64,000 nt of DNA. Origin: a virus. Where the stretch lies: the IMG/VR virus record IMGVR_UViG_3300049855_000239, positions 1-64,000 of that record. The stretch is one strand, 5' to 3'. Positions 1-9,632 of the stretch are shown here, piece by piece. The notes beneath the pieces are model-generated. The model was not told the DNA's origin and searched no databases. It worked only from the letters and a program-made list of their open reading frames with translations. A program made the translations under genes and the position numbers. Within the stretch, counting starts at the first letter, position 1, and every line of letters starts with the position of its first letter.

Positions 1-2
1 TA

Positions 3-269
3 ATGCTCGAACAAGTTGGGAAATGGTACAATTTTGGAGCAACATTTCTGGCACAACCTTGGTACCAGTTAACAAACAAATATTGGGGATTTAGAAACCC
101 GAATAGTAGGAATTGCAGTCAATTTGCAGCAAAATGTTTGGGGTTTGAATGGTGGTATAGTGCTGATCCACAAGACCTATATAGAGAAGCGATTACAAAT
201 GAGTACATAATAAAAGAGACGGCAACAAAAAGAAGAATTTACGTTAACAATAAACTAAAAATAAAATGA
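3..269 (+). CDS. C-terminal part of a possible permuted papain-like (YiiX/NlpC-P60) protein, 5' truncated
   Basis: Y-N-F...CSQF(A)A...P-DL pattern resembles permuted NlpC/P60 C-termini; ORF runs off the window start. Confidence 0.4.
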   Translation: MLEQVGKWYNFGATFLAQPWYQLTNKYWGFRNPNSRNCSQFAAKCLGFEWWYSADPQDLYREAITNEYIIKETATKRRIYVNNKLKIK

Positions 270-637
270 AAAATCTAATTCTAATTTTACTGACAGTATC
301 CAGTGTTTTTGCCCAAACACGCAAGAAACAAACAACGCAGTATTTAACACTAAATACTTACGTGAGAGATACTACATTGCAGAAGCCTTTTAAGATTGGG
401 TATTTGGCGTATACTCCGGTCGAGAAATGTATTTTAGTAAATAAAAAAGTATGGGCTTATCACTGCTTAAATGATGCAACCATTAAAGTAACTTCTACTC
501 AAAATCTAATCAAACACATCAAAGAATGCGATCCAAATGCAAAATCTAGAGTGACATATTATTCAACTGGTGGGCATGATGGGAGCTGGGGAAATGGTTT
601 AAAAACCGATTCGGTATTTAAGTATTTTCTCAAATAA
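266..637 (+). CDS. hypothetical protein with signal peptide
   Basis: MKNLILILLTVSSVFAQ signal-like N-terminus; ATGA overlap with upstream ORF. Confidence 0.6.
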   Translation: MKNLILILLTVSSVFAQTRKKQTTQYLTLNTYVRDTTLQKPFKIGYLAYTPVEKCILVNKKVWAYHCLNDATIKVTSTQNLIKHIKECDPNAKSRVTYYSTGGHDGSWGNGLKTDSVFKYFLK

Positions 638-660
638 TTATTACATTTGTTGGATATTAT

Positions 661-870
661 ATGAAAATGATTGAGATTAAAACGGAAGCTGGAAACTTGT
701 TTGTAGATGCAATTTTCGGCTTCTCTATGTCTGCTTTGGTTAGCGGAATAATGCCCGAGGCAATACACGCAATTAGTACAATAGCGACTGGTTTAACGCT
801 AACGATTTGCGTTTTCTTTACTAATAGGTTTCTTAAAAAACGCTTTCCAGATGGCAAAAAAGACAATTGA
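661..870 (+). CDS. putative holin
   Basis: 69 aa, two hydrophobic stretches, basic C-terminus, two genes upstream of the endolysin. Confidence 0.45.
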   Translation: MKMIEIKTEAGNLFVDAIFGFSMSALVSGIMPEAIHAISTIATGLTLTICVFFTNRFLKKRFPDGKKDN

Positions 871-1084
871 AAAACCTGTTCAGGAATTTGAACTCCTTTC
901 AAATTCAGCTCTTTCGATGGTCGGACTTTACGAAGATAAAGATGGATTATTTGACGTAATAGCTAATGAGAAAATAAAGCTAGAGCGTGGTTATTGTAAG
1001 CAGTTTGGTAATAGATTGTTTGTAGAAACGACCGAACAGGAATTAAGAGATTTGTTAAAAGCTGGCAAAATAAAGAGAGTATGA
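851..1084 (+). CDS. hypothetical protein
   Basis: ORF overlapping both neighbours in the lysis operon. Confidence 0.55.
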   Translation: MAKKTIEKPVQEFELLSNSALSMVGLYEDKDGLFDVIANEKIKLERGYCKQFGNRLFVETTEQELRDLLKAGKIKRV

Positions 1085-1602
1085 TTCAAATTTCAAAATA
1101 CATTGAAAATTTTGGTAAAATTACTGACGAAGGATTTTGTAATTTAGTTGACATCATTACTTTCTTTCAAAACAAAAAGGTTGACAACAGTCAAATAGCC
1201 TACGTTCTTGCAACTATATACCACGAAACGGCTAAAACATTTAAGCCAATTGCAGAATATGGTCATGGTAAAGGGAGGCCATACGGAAATCCAAGGCCAA
1301 ACGGTAAAATATACTACGGAAGAGGCTACGTACAAATCACATGGGAGGAAAACTATTCTAAGTTTAAAAAACTTATTGGAGTAGATTTATTGGGTAATCC
1401 AGAATTAGCACTGAATCATGAAGTTGCTTTAAAAATATGCTACTTTGGAATGACAAAAGGCATGTTTACAGGCAAGAAATTAGGTGATTATATTAATAGC
1501 GAAAAGACTGATTACGTTGGCGCAAGGCGAATAATCAACGGGACTGATTGCGCAGCTATGATTGCAAATTATGCATTAAAATTTAACGATTTACTAAAAT
1601 GA
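1081..1602 (+). CDS. endolysin, glycoside hydrolase family 19 (chitinase-like)
   Basis: AYVLATIYHET, YYGRGYVQITW..NY and ARRIING motifs typical of phage GH19 lysins. Confidence 0.9.
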   Translation: MIQISKYIENFGKITDEGFCNLVDIITFFQNKKVDNSQIAYVLATIYHETAKTFKPIAEYGHGKGRPYGNPRPNGKIYYGRGYVQITWEENYSKFKKLIGVDLLGNPELALNHEVALKICYFGMTKGMFTGKKLGDYINSEKTDYVGARRIINGTDCAAMIANYALKFNDLLK

Positions 1603-1717
1603 GAAGTATCATACTAGCATTTATTGGGGCTATTTTATTAGCGTGTACTATTTGTATTTGCTTTAGTATTCACCCGTTTGAAATTGAAGATTTATTGGCT
1701 AAGTCGTTCGCTGGATT

Positions 1718-2194
1718 ATGCACGTTAGTCGGTTCGTGCGCTTGTGTATACTTTACAATTACGGGCAAATGATAGCTTTTACACTTGCTATTTGGGCATT
1801 TGCTGAACTATTCGCATTGACAGACTTTATGTTTATCGTTACGTATAGACGAAACCCAAAACACTGGACACGGGCTGTTATTCGCTTTATAGTAATTACT
1901 TTGTTTGCTGGATTAGCTTGTAAATTTAGCTACGAAACGGCCTTTTATTTGGCTTATGGATGCGCTTTATTTTGGCTAATATTCGAAATACGATTAAATC
2001 AAAGGCGTGGTAATAGCCCGTTTTATATAGGCAAAACGGCATGGTCGGACAAGCTATTTAGAAGCCTACAAATAACAGGAGAAAAGCTATTTGTATTTAA
2101 AATAATCACGCTTTCATTCACAATAACAATGCTTTATTATTCAAAAGAGATTTACAATTTAACTATACAATTATGCCAACTCCTAAACAGTTAG
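1718..2194 (+). CDS. membrane protein (true start probably M18)
   Basis: several hydrophobic helices; in lysis region. Confidence 0.55.
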   Translation: MHVSRFVRLCILYNYGQMIAFTLAIWAFAELFALTDFMFIVTYRRNPKHWTRAVIRFIVITLFAGLACKFSYETAFYLAYGCALFWLIFEIRLNQRRGNSPFYIGKTAWSDKLFRSLQITGEKLFVFKIITLSFTITMLYYSKEIYNLTIQLCQLLNS

Positions 2195-2406
2195 ATAAAT
2201 ACAGTACAATATTGGGCGTTATTTGCATCGGCATGTCCTTGGTAATGTTTTGGCTTCCAATGTTCGTAGATCTTAAAAAGGATTTGATTGAACAGTGGTG
2301 GTGGCCAGTTGGAACATTTGCCATTGGCGTGGGCATGATATTCAGTAAAGAAAGTTTTTTCAAAGCTTTGAATAACTTTTTCACCAGAAAGTCAAACAAT
2401 TTATAA
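2173..2406 (+). CDS. small two-TM membrane protein (holin-like)
   Basis: two hydrophobic segments, basic C-terminus. Confidence 0.5.
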   Translation: MPTPKQLDKYSTILGVICIGMSLVMFWLPMFVDLKKDLIEQWWWPVGTFAIGVGMIFSKESFFKALNNFFTRKSNNL

Positions 2407-2466
2407 GCAACTACGTATTATATATTCAAAGCTCATGGTGCCATTGCTTATACACGACCGTTAGCG
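2401..2466 (+). repeat. partial attC-like element (left TAAC arm missing), left edge of array
   Basis: TATAAGCAA...TTGCTTATA stem followed by CACGACC-GTTAGCG. Confidence 0.6.
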
Positions 2467-2700
2467 AATAGTTTTAAAACGGCAATGCGTTATTTCTTGA
2501 AGTGGCCAATCATCATCGTTATACATTCTTGTTTCACCAGTTGAGAATTTTACTTCAACATCTTCATAATTAGCTTCTGATAGTTTTTTAGAAAGCTCCT
2601 TTCTTTTTTCATCATTTACTGTATAATCAAAAACAAACCATTCGCTAACGTTGTGTTCAAGCTGTTGTGGCGTTTCTTGGGTGTTGCTATTTTTTTCCAT
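2461..2700 (-). CDS. cassette protein with hairpin-encoded leader (MEKNSNTQETPQQLEHNVSE...)
   Basis: ATG at 2700 lies inside hairpin 2643-2774; stop TAA is supplied by the GTTA arm at 2460. Confidence 0.6.
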   Translation of the reverse strand: MEKNSNTQETPQQLEHNVSEWFVFDYTVNDEKRKELSKKLSEANYEDVEVKFSTGETRMYNDDDWPLQEITHCRFKTIR

Positions 2701-2774
2701 TTTACTATCAGTTTTTCGGTGGATACATTTTCGACATTTCATGCCACAAAAGCATGAACACTTCCTTGTTATAT
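2643..2774 (+). repeat. attC-like hairpin
   Basis: CGCTAAC..GTGTTCAAGCTGTTGTGGC / GCCACAAAAGCATGAACAC..GTTATAT; central CGGTGGATA. Confidence 0.8.
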
Positions 2775-2862
2775 GCAATGCTAAAATTTCCTTCGGGATT
2801 TTCTAGCATCTTTTCTACACTAGCCACGTCTCCGTTCAGCCACCGCAAGCCCAAATGCGTGT

Positions 2863-2959
2863 CGTTAGCAGAAACTATAAACGTGGCATTTTCCAGCACC
2901 TATACGCAAGCTTCGTTCCTCAGCTATGCGCATAGCTTTAGCGTTAGCAGAAACTATAA
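2863..2959 (+). repeat. 18-bp direct repeat CGTTAGCAGAAACTATAA (2863-2880 and 2942-2959), duplicated cassette arm
   Basis: exact repeat read from sequence. Confidence 0.85.
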
Positions 2960-3287
2960 GAAACCACAGCCTTCCGATTTATAAGGTCATCGACTGTTAT
3001 TCCCAAGTAACGAGAAATAAGTACTATTTCTTCAAGGTTTGGAACTCCACCCCAATTCATCATTCGATGCTTGACATGATTTAAGAATAGATTCAACGAA
3101 CAATTCGTGGTGTGTTTGACCCTTTTCTGCTCTTTCTATTGCCTCATTGGCTTGCTGTATAGCATTAATAGTATTTGGGTGCATAATTTAATTAGTTATT
3201 TTTTTACATAGTCATGAATAAATAATAGTGTTCTGCTAACATCTAATTCTGAATTAATGTGAGTTCGTGTTACTAGTGCGTTCATAA

Positions 3288-3536
3288 TTACCAAGGAGTT
3301 TCGGGTTGATCTTCATAAATTACTATTGGATTTGGATCTAAAATTATATGCTGTTTTAGTTGTTTTACAGACCACCACTCGCCATTTAATCGGTATCGTT
3401 TAGGTGGCTGAATCTTTACTTCATGCCACCCGTACGATCTTTTTTTTCTAGTAAATGGCTTTTTGTAAATCTTTTTATCACTTCCAACTATATAATCTTT
3501 TAGCGATTCAAGTTTAAATTTCCATTTGCTATTCAT
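3288..3536 (-). CDS. hypothetical basic protein
   Basis: 82-aa ORF with a TATATTTG promoter box immediately upstream (3541-3548, minus strand). Confidence 0.6.
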   Translation of the reverse strand: MNSKWKFKLESLKDYIVGSDKKIYKKPFTRKKRSYGWHEVKIQPPKRYRLNGEWWSVKQLKQHIILDPNPIVIYEDQPETPW

Positions 3537-3654
3537 AATACAAATATACCACTTTTAACCATACATGCAAATAGATTTAGCACTTTTGGTATTTTTTTAT
3601 TCGTCAACACTAATGTTATGGGCAACCGTAGAAGCCTAGCGGTCGCCCAGTTTA

Positions 3655-4098
3655 CTAGTCGAGAATGCACCAATCTTCCGAAATACAATCGTTGACACTT
3701 GGAACCCATGTACTGACAGTTCCGTCTACATTTTTGATTGCCAAATAAGGATTGTAGTAAACTTTTCCATCTTCATCTGCAATAGACTTACCTATATCGG
3801 TAGAGAATGGATAACGATTTGCAGGGATAAAGTAAACAAACATACCTTTTCCGTTCCAACCTTTTCTAGCAACTTTTTTACCAAGTTTCAACGCTTCCAA
3901 CGCTAATCCAAACGTTAATTCACTTATGTTTCTATATGCTTTTTCAAACACATCTTTTGGACTCCATGAAATATAACCATCTTCATAAACGACTTTGTAG
4001 CCTTCTTCTCCAGCGACAACCTTTCCCGATTCATCGGAGAACTCTTTCGCATCCATTGGAGTTGCGACAATTAATTTGACACCAATATACTTTTCCAT
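3655..4098 (-). CDS. DUF2829-domain phage protein
   Basis: YIGVK...GYKVVYEDGYISWSPKDVFEKAY plus TFGLALEALKLGKKVARKGWNGKGMF...WVPSVND..EDW. Confidence 0.85.
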   Translation of the reverse strand: MEKYIGVKLIVATPMDAKEFSDESGKVVAGEEGYKVVYEDGYISWSPKDVFEKAYRNISELTFGLALEALKLGKKVARKGWNGKGMFVYFIPANRYPFSTDIGKSIADEDGKVYYNPYLAIKNVDGTVSTWVPSVNDCISEDWCILD

Positions 4099-4158
4099 TT
4101 TATTTGTTGGGTTTTATAACTCCGCCCAGAAGTTTATCGGTTGACAAAAAACGGCAGC

Positions 4159-4290
4159 CCATAACACTATATTTATGTAACAGGTGGCGTTTTTGGTTAT
4201 TTTCACTTTATTGCTCCCAGCTTATGTTTTGGCGGTGGATAGCTACGTCTTCGCTCATGCCACCTATTGCATAAATACCTAGCGTTAGCG
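4159..4290 (+). repeat. attC-like hairpin
   Basis: CCATAAC-ACTA-TATTTATGTAACAGGTGGC / GCCACCTATTGCATAAATA-CCTAGC-GTTAGCG; central CGGTGGATA. Confidence 0.85.
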
Positions 4291-4296
4291 GAAAGT

Positions 4297-4509
4297 CTAA
4301 GAAGTGACTGGTAAATCGACCGACATTGTAAAAATCGAGAATTTTCCGTTTTCTGAATGACTTTCAGCTTCTTCTCTATTTTCAAAAACTGGTAGAAATC
4401 CGTAAAGACCGCCTAGTTTATCCGAACAAGGAAGTCCAGTAATCGGATTTGTATATTCTATCATGGTTGATAATTTTGATACCATGAAAAGCTCTTTTTT
4501 GTTTGACAT
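4297..4509 (-). CDS. hypothetical cassette protein
   Basis: ORF inside segment 4284-4755. Confidence 0.6.
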   Translation of the reverse strand: MSNKKELFMVSKLSTMIEYTNPITGLPCSDKLGGLYGFLPVFENREEAESHSENGKFSIFTMSVDLPVTS

Positions 4510-4511
4510 AG

Positions 4512-4712
4512 TTAAACGATTTGAGATTCAATTATAGGTTCTTTTGTTTCATGTGGTGGATATCCACGAAACGACACCATTATCATTTTGAAGAAATGAA
4601 AGAAAATTCTAACGATTCCATTAACAACGAAATAAAGAACCATTGCGATAATGCAGTACGAGCCAACGAAGACCCAAAAACTGCTAACTGTAAATTTTAA
4701 TAATTCTAACAT
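4512..4712 (-). CDS. small membrane protein (cassette)
   Basis: hydrophobic 66-aa ORF inside segment 4284-4755. Confidence 0.6.
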   Translation of the reverse strand: MLELLKFTVSSFWVFVGSYCIIAMVLYFVVNGIVRIFFHFFKMIMVSFRGYPPHETKEPIIESQIV

Positions 4713-4748
4713 TTTGATAAATTTATACGTGAAGAAAAAAGACTATTC

Positions 4749-4878
4749 CGCTAACACTGTGCTTATGAAATTTTGGGGCTTTACTGTTTTGGATGGCGTT
4801 TTGCCCTCACGTAGTTCCCAGCGGTGGAGACTTTCGTCTCCATAAATCCCCAAATTTCAGAAGCACTTAGCGTTAGCA
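4749..4878 (+). repeat. attC-like hairpin
   Basis: CGCTAAC-ACT-GTGCTTATGAAATTTTGGGG / CCCCAAATTTCAGAAGCAC-TTAGC-GTTAGCA; central CGGTGGAGA. Confidence 0.85.
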
Positions 4879-4884
4879 GTAAAT

Positions 4885-5256
4885 TTAAGAGAGTCCAAAT
4901 ACTCTCATTAGATTACTGAATAATAATTCCTTTATTGTATCAAAATTTTCTTGCCCTTTTTTTAATGATAAATATTCTGGAGTCCAAAATCCATTATTAT
5001 TACCGTCATAAACTCTTATTTCTGTTTGTGAATATGCTATTTCAAAACATAAATTACGGTCTGGCCTCATACCATAGCTTCCAAAAACGATAGAAACCTG
5101 TTGCCCAAAATAAGAACCATCTCCATCATAGCTTATATCGCACGTTTCTAATTTAGGAAGCATTTTACTAAACTCTTCTATAAAATCAGGGTCATTACAC
5201 GGCTTTATGCCATCTATTTGTTTCCAGTTACTGATGTATTCACTTAATATTTTCAT
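4885..5256 (-). CDS. hypothetical cassette protein
   Basis: single ORF filling segment 4872-5296. Confidence 0.7.
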   Translation of the reverse strand: MKILSEYISNWKQIDGIKPCNDPDFIEEFSKMLPKLETCDISYDGDGSYFGQQVSIVFGSYGMRPDRNLCFEIAYSQTEIRVYDGNNNGFWTPEYLSLKKGQENFDTIKELLFSNLMRVFGLS

Positions 5257-5289
5257 TTTTGAATAATTTAACGGTTAAAAAAAATCTAC

Positions 5290-5420
5290 TGCTAACACTG
5301 TATTTTCGCATTTTCGGGGCTTGCTGGTAGTTCTAGCTTCACACCGTTAGGCTAGTTCACCAGCGGGGGATACAGCCGTCTTCGTCACTCCCGAAATTGC
5401 GTAAATACCGTTCGTTAGGT
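5290..5420 (+). repeat. attC-like hairpin
   Basis: TGCTAAC-ACT-GTATTTTCGCATTTTCGGG / CCCGAAATTGCGTAAATAC-CGTTC-GTTAGGT; central CGGGGGATA. Confidence 0.85.
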
Positions 5421-5426
5421 GCAATG

Positions 5427-6571
5427 CTAAGAAGGTTCTTGGATATAGCTAAGTATATGAGCAATCACATCTACTGTCCATCCATCACCCAAAAGACAAG
5501 CCGCTTCATTACGTTTTAATATGCTTGTGTACCCTTCCGGTACCGTTTGAAGCCTTTCAAGTTCTGTTTGTGTGAAATATCTCAAATCGCCATCCTGAAA
5601 TACAAAATACTCGTTATTTCGTAAAAGGCAATTAGATTTATCTTTCATCGAACGTCCTCTCCTAGTCTCGCTTGTTGGATAGCTTAAATCTACGGCTTCA
5701 TTATTTGCAATGTCTACAAAGCCTATATTGGTAGCTTCTTTTACTCTCAAATAGGTTTCCTTGTCTTTTGTAATTAATGTCGTAAAGCCACTATTAAAAA
5801 CCGATGCGCCATTTTATGTTGTTGTTTCAATGGTCGGCTTTCGCTTTCCAAAATGCAACGGCTCTTTTCCATTTGAACAAATCCACTTTCCAAAATAGAT
5901 TGTAGTTTTATTTTCTTGTCTTTTGGTTCAGGTATTCTACAATATCTAAATCCAAATAGGTCGAATGATTCCGGACCTATGTTTGTCCAATAAAATCTAT
6001 TCCTCATTTGAGCCGAAACCAATTCACTATTTATGTTCACTGGATATGTTCCCATGTACTGGCTTATCAGTTCCATATTTTTATCGGTCATGGCTACATT
6101 TTCCAATAGAAAATATTTTGGCTTTAGTGCTTTTAGAAGTCTCAAATACTCAAAAAACAATCCTGATTTTTCGCCTTGCAATCCTTTGCGTTCTTTGTTT
6201 GCTAAACTAAAATCTTGGCATGGGCTACCTCCAATTAATAAATCGATCTTTGGTAGGTTTTCAGGTTGTATATTTCTTATGTCTCCTAGCTGTATTGTAT
6301 TCGGGTAGTTGTGTTGTGTTACTTTTATTGCGTGTGCTTTTATCTCACTTGCATAGTATTGTCCGTACTTTATTCCGGCTTTATTTAAGGCAATTTGTCC
6401 GCAACTCATACCATCAAACAAAGAAAGCACTGCACCTAACACAAGCTTTGAATTATGCAAGGGTGTACTGGTTATTTGGGCTTCACACATATCAGATAAT
6501 TTTCCATAGTTTATACTTTTTGGCGGTTCAGCCTTGCACAATACAAAGCCATTGTCGTTAGTAGTAATCAT
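5427..6571 (-). pseudogene. C5 DNA cytosine methyltransferase split by a 1-nt frameshift (ORFs 5774-6571 and 5427-5750)
   Basis: motifs VLSLFDGMSCG, GGSPCQ, LLENV, RNR in first ORF; ELERLQTVP...LGDGWTVDVI in second; frames join at the T5 run 5796-5800. Confidence 0.8.
6434..6563 (+). repeat. attC-like hairpin (translated as the N-terminus of the methyltransferase ORF)
   Basis: ACCTAAC-ACAA-GCTTTGAATTATGCAAGG / CCTTGCACAATACAAAGC-CATTGTC-GTTAGTA; central GGCGGTTCA. Confidence 0.85.
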
Positions 6572-6819
6572 AAAACGTCCTCGGCATAGCCATACTTTTG
6601 AAGGTAAGGTAATAGCTTTTTGAATTGCTTTTCAGTAATTACATCTGACTTAAATAGATTGGTCATGTAGTTTCTATTTTTGCCTATTTCCCTTGAAAAT
6701 TCAGACAATGAAATAGCTGGATGCAATTGGAAGAAATTATATACGCTTTGAAATGTACGTAGGTGATCAAATATTTTATTTCCCATTTTATGCCCAATAA
6801 AAGTTAATAGCTTGTCCAT
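6568..6819 (-). CDS. small HTH-like DNA-binding protein
   Basis: ISLSEFSREIGKNRNYMTNL resembles a helix-turn-helix. Confidence 0.5.
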   Translation of the reverse strand: MDKLLTFIGHKMGNKIFDHLRTFQSVYNFFQLHPAISLSEFSREIGKNRNYMTNLFKSDVITEKQFKKLLPYLQKYGYAEDVL

Positions 6820-6932
6820 CTTTGCCTTTTCGAAGTTTTTTGTTTAGTAGGCGTTTTATTTTCTTTTTTAACTTCCTGTTTTTTCGCTTGTTTTTTGTAA
6901 GCTTACATTGTTCGCATGTGCAAATAAATATT

Positions 6933-7232
6933 TTACAAGGCATGTTTTTTGTTTTTTAGGTTATCTAGCCTTATTCTTGCGCTACCTTTTAGTGTTGCAT
7001 TTATTGTCCTAGCTTCTTCTTCTAATCTTAAAACAACAGGTTCAAGCTCATTTATTTGCTCATCTATCGTTTTGTCTGTTTTCAAAAGCAAATCTTTAGC
7101 CTTAATACATGCCAAAGCTCCTCGTGTCCATAATTTACTTTCAAAATTTTGACTTATTATTCCTTGCTTTTCAAGTTCAAGTAAGAGGATTTGCTGCCTC
7201 TTACCTGATCCTTTTGTTATAGAGTTTCGCAT
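6933..7232 (-). CDS. hypothetical protein
   Basis: ORF in segment 6557-7533. Confidence 0.55.
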   Translation of the reverse strand: MRNSITKGSGKRQQILLLELEKQGIISQNFESKLWTRGALACIKAKDLLLKTDKTIDEQINELEPVVLRLEEEARTINATLKGSARIRLDNLKNKKHAL

Positions 7233-7411
7233 AGTTCTATAAATTCCTTTTCTGGCAATCTGTTCATTAAAATTTCCAATGCAGCATCAGAAATTAAATC
7301 AGCACCATCAGATAAATTATTAGCTAGTTTTTTTATTTCCATAATCAAATCGGAAGTAGAAAGAGCGTTTAATTTGCTTATTGCGATATTTTTAAATTCT
7401 TGCGTTGTCAT
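7217..7411 (-). CDS. hypothetical protein (start MTTQEF)
   Basis: ATG preceded by TACCTTTG promoter box at ~7433-7440 on minus strand. Confidence 0.6.
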   Translation of the reverse strand: MTTQEFKNIAISKLNALSTSDLIMEIKKLANNLSDGADLISDAALEILMNRLPEKEFIELCETL

Positions 7412-7526
7412 GTCCTTGTCGTTTTGTTGAATCAAAGGTAACATAAAAATTGCAAACTGCAATATATTATTATCACAATTTGCAATATTTTTTAGTCTAC
7501 CATCAGCGGACAAAGAAAATGACTAC

Positions 7527-7579
7527 TACTAACACTGTATATACGCCATTAAAACGGGCGTATATACCTAGCGTTAGGC
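7527..7579 (+). repeat. minimal (53 bp) attC-like hairpin
   Basis: TACTAAC-ACT-GTATATACGCC-ATTAAAACG-GGCGTATATAC-CTAGC-GTTAGGC. Confidence 0.9.
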
Positions 7580-7774
7580 GATATTTTTAGAAGCCTTAAA
7601 CCGTACTAACAACTGACTAAATATCATGTCTGTATCGGTTGTTTTAACTGGAACGCTCATATGAAATGAATTACCTCCACTATGACACATTTTACTTAAC
7701 TCCTCGGTAGCAATTTTTACCAGTTCTTCATCTGGCATTTCTGCCTGTAATTGTCTAAATTCTTCTATGCTCAT
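7574..7774 (-). CDS. hypothetical cassette protein
   Basis: fills segment 7573-7821; stop codon supplied by the GTTA arm. Confidence 0.7.
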   Translation of the reverse strand: MSIEEFRQLQAEMPDEELVKIATEELSKMCHSGGNSFHMSVPVKTTDTDMIFSQLLVRFKASKNIA

Positions 7775-7814
7775 TTTGATATTGGTTACGGTTTGATAAA
7801 TAAATAAAACAATC

Positions 7815-7943
7815 GCCTAACATGATATTTAGTCATTTAAGGGCGTTCTGGGATCGGTTCTGTACTCGCATTAGTTGGCGTCCCACGGCGGATAGTTTCG
7901 TCTCTGTCACTCCCTTAAAAGCCCAAATACATGTTCGTTAGCT
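7815..7943 (+). repeat. attC-like hairpin (near-copy of 17061-17190)
   Basis: GCCTAAC-ATGATATTTAGTCATTTAAGGG / CCCTTAAAAGCCCAAATACATGTTC-GTTAGCT. Confidence 0.85.
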
Positions 7944-8016
7944 GCAACTATAATAATCACAACAACTCGACATTTATGTCAAATATACTATCTTTATACT
8001 TTATAATACTAAAGAT

Positions 8017-8862
8017 ATGCTAATAAATTACGGAGGAGAATTTCCTTTCAAAATGACCGACTTGTATGACAAGCTTGAACTTAGTCCGTCACAGTATAAT
8101 AGATGGACTAAAGCCAATCTACTAGAGTCATTTTATATAGAACTTGACTATGAGGCGGTACTCGACATGATGTCGAGTACCCCAAAAGGCGGTAAACTAA
8201 GACAAGAATACAGACTAACAAGACGTACTGCAGAAGAACTTGCGCTTCTATCTCGAACACAAAAGGGGAAAGAACTAAGAAAGTGGCTACTTGACTTAAA
8301 GGACAAAGTTGAGTCTAATGAATTATTAACATTAGAACAAGTCTATTTCTTAATTGACTTAGTTAATGCGTTTTCTTTTGTTGCACATCAAAAAGCAATT
8401 GAAGAATCACATAAACAATCATTTATAAACAACTATATTGATGAATACGGCAAAGTAAATATATCTGAAATATGTTCTAAGTTTAATTATTTAAGAAATG
8501 AGATTTTGGATATTTCGCCAGACATAATAAAAGAACGGATATTAAGATTTTATGATGAGGAAAAGCGACTTGTAAATAAGAAAACGAAACGAGAAGTACT
8601 TGCTGTTATTGATAAGTTTTCTTTAGTAGGAAATGCAGCATTTGACTTCATGGCATCTATTCAAAAACCATTAGACACAGCATCTAAAGTTGGAGAGATG
8701 GTAAAAGGAATGGCAACTAGATTAAATATTGAGATTAGAGACAAAAATGAGGCAGATCTTTTTAATGATGAGATTAAACTAAATCCAACAATCATGCAGA
8801 AAGTAAATCCATTTATAGGCAAGCCAAAACTTGATCCTAAAATCACAAAAAAACTAAAATAG
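8017..8862 (+). CDS. AntA/AntB-type antirepressor domain protein
   Basis: DLYDKLEL..QYNRW...DY....GGKLRQEYRLT...AEELALLSRTQKGKELRKWL. Confidence 0.75.
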   Translation: MLINYGGEFPFKMTDLYDKLELSPSQYNRWTKANLLESFYIELDYEAVLDMMSSTPKGGKLRQEYRLTRRTAEELALLSRTQKGKELRKWLLDLKDKVESNELLTLEQVYFLIDLVNAFSFVAHQKAIEESHKQSFINNYIDEYGKVNISEICSKFNYLRNEILDISPDIIKERILRFYDEEKRLVNKKTKREVLAVIDKFSLVGNAAFDFMASIQKPLDTASKVGEMVKGMATRLNIEIRDKNEADLFNDEIKLNPTIMQKVNPFIGKPKLDPKITKKLK

Positions 8863-8866
8863 CTGC

Positions 8867-8996
8867 AGCTAACACAGTATTTAAGAAACCTAGGGCTATA
8901 TGAATTATTATTCATTATTCACATTTCATTAGTTTTTAGCGGTGGAGAATTTCGTCTCCGTCAATCCCTAAGTTTCTTAAATACATTGCGTTAGCG
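8867..8996 (+). repeat. attC-like hairpin
   Basis: AGCTAAC-ACA-GTATTTAAGAAACCTAGGG / CCCTAAGTTTCTTAAATAC-ATTGC-GTTAGCG; central CGGTGGAGA. Confidence 0.85.
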
Positions 8997-9632
8997 GAAA
9001 CCGTGAGGACATTCAACACGATCGAAACTGTAAACCCAAACCCACGGATTTAGATCCCAACTATCATTTCCATTAATTTTTTGCCAAAGCGACCTATAAG
9101 ACCTTTGGGCATTTGAACACCATACCGATGGGTCTTTATTGGTATAGCATACAAAATTTCTTGGACTAAATCTGCAATTCTCGACACCTTCGCTTATCGC
9201 ATCTATTTCTGAAATGTCGTTTAGCCTTTCGACTCTAACATTTGTAACTTTTAGAAATAACCGACAAGCCTCTTTTGGCATAAATAGGCTTGGTTTCCAT
9301 TTAGCAGACTCACAGCCAGATTTTATATATTCTTGTCTTAATTCTTCTCCTGAACTCCCTGTATCTGCCCTGTAATGCCAATAATTACGATGATACGTAT
9401 GTGTTTCTCTGACCCAAATAATATCACCAATTTTGACTGGCGATTTCGATAAAGTTTCATCCCAATTTCCTAACGGAACATTATCTTTCAAAGTTCGTCT
9501 TGTTTGGGTCTTGCTTCCATTTAATAATGCTCTGACCATCAGAGTTGAAAAAAGCATCGGTCTAAAAACGGCATCCGCTAACACTGTATTTGATAAATCA
9601 GGGGCGGTATTGGCTTTGGTTGCTGTATTCAT
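8991..9632 (-). CDS. ASCH/PUA-like phage protein with hairpin-encoded leader MNTATKANTAPDLSNTVLAD
   Basis: RPMLFST.MVRALL.G.KTQTRR, GD.IWVRET, WKPSLFMP..ACR, VRVERL..ISE.DA..EG, W..NPWVWV. Confidence 0.8.
   Translation of the reverse strand: MNTATKANTAPDLSNTVLADAVFRPMLFSTLMVRALLNGSKTQTRRTLKDNVPLGNWDETLSKSPVKIGDIIWVRETHTYHRNYWHYRADTGSSGEELRQEYIKSGCESAKWKPSLFMPKEACRLFLKVTNVRVERLNDISEIDAISEGVENCRFSPRNFVCYTNKDPSVWCSNAQRSYRSLWQKINGNDSWDLNPWVWVYSFDRVECPHGFR

Noticed and set aside
3234-3275. Short attC-like element TGCTAAC...GTTACTA
   Set aside because: Left arm is genuine but the stem is weak and the GTTACTAG arm has no partner near 3600; not counted as complete.
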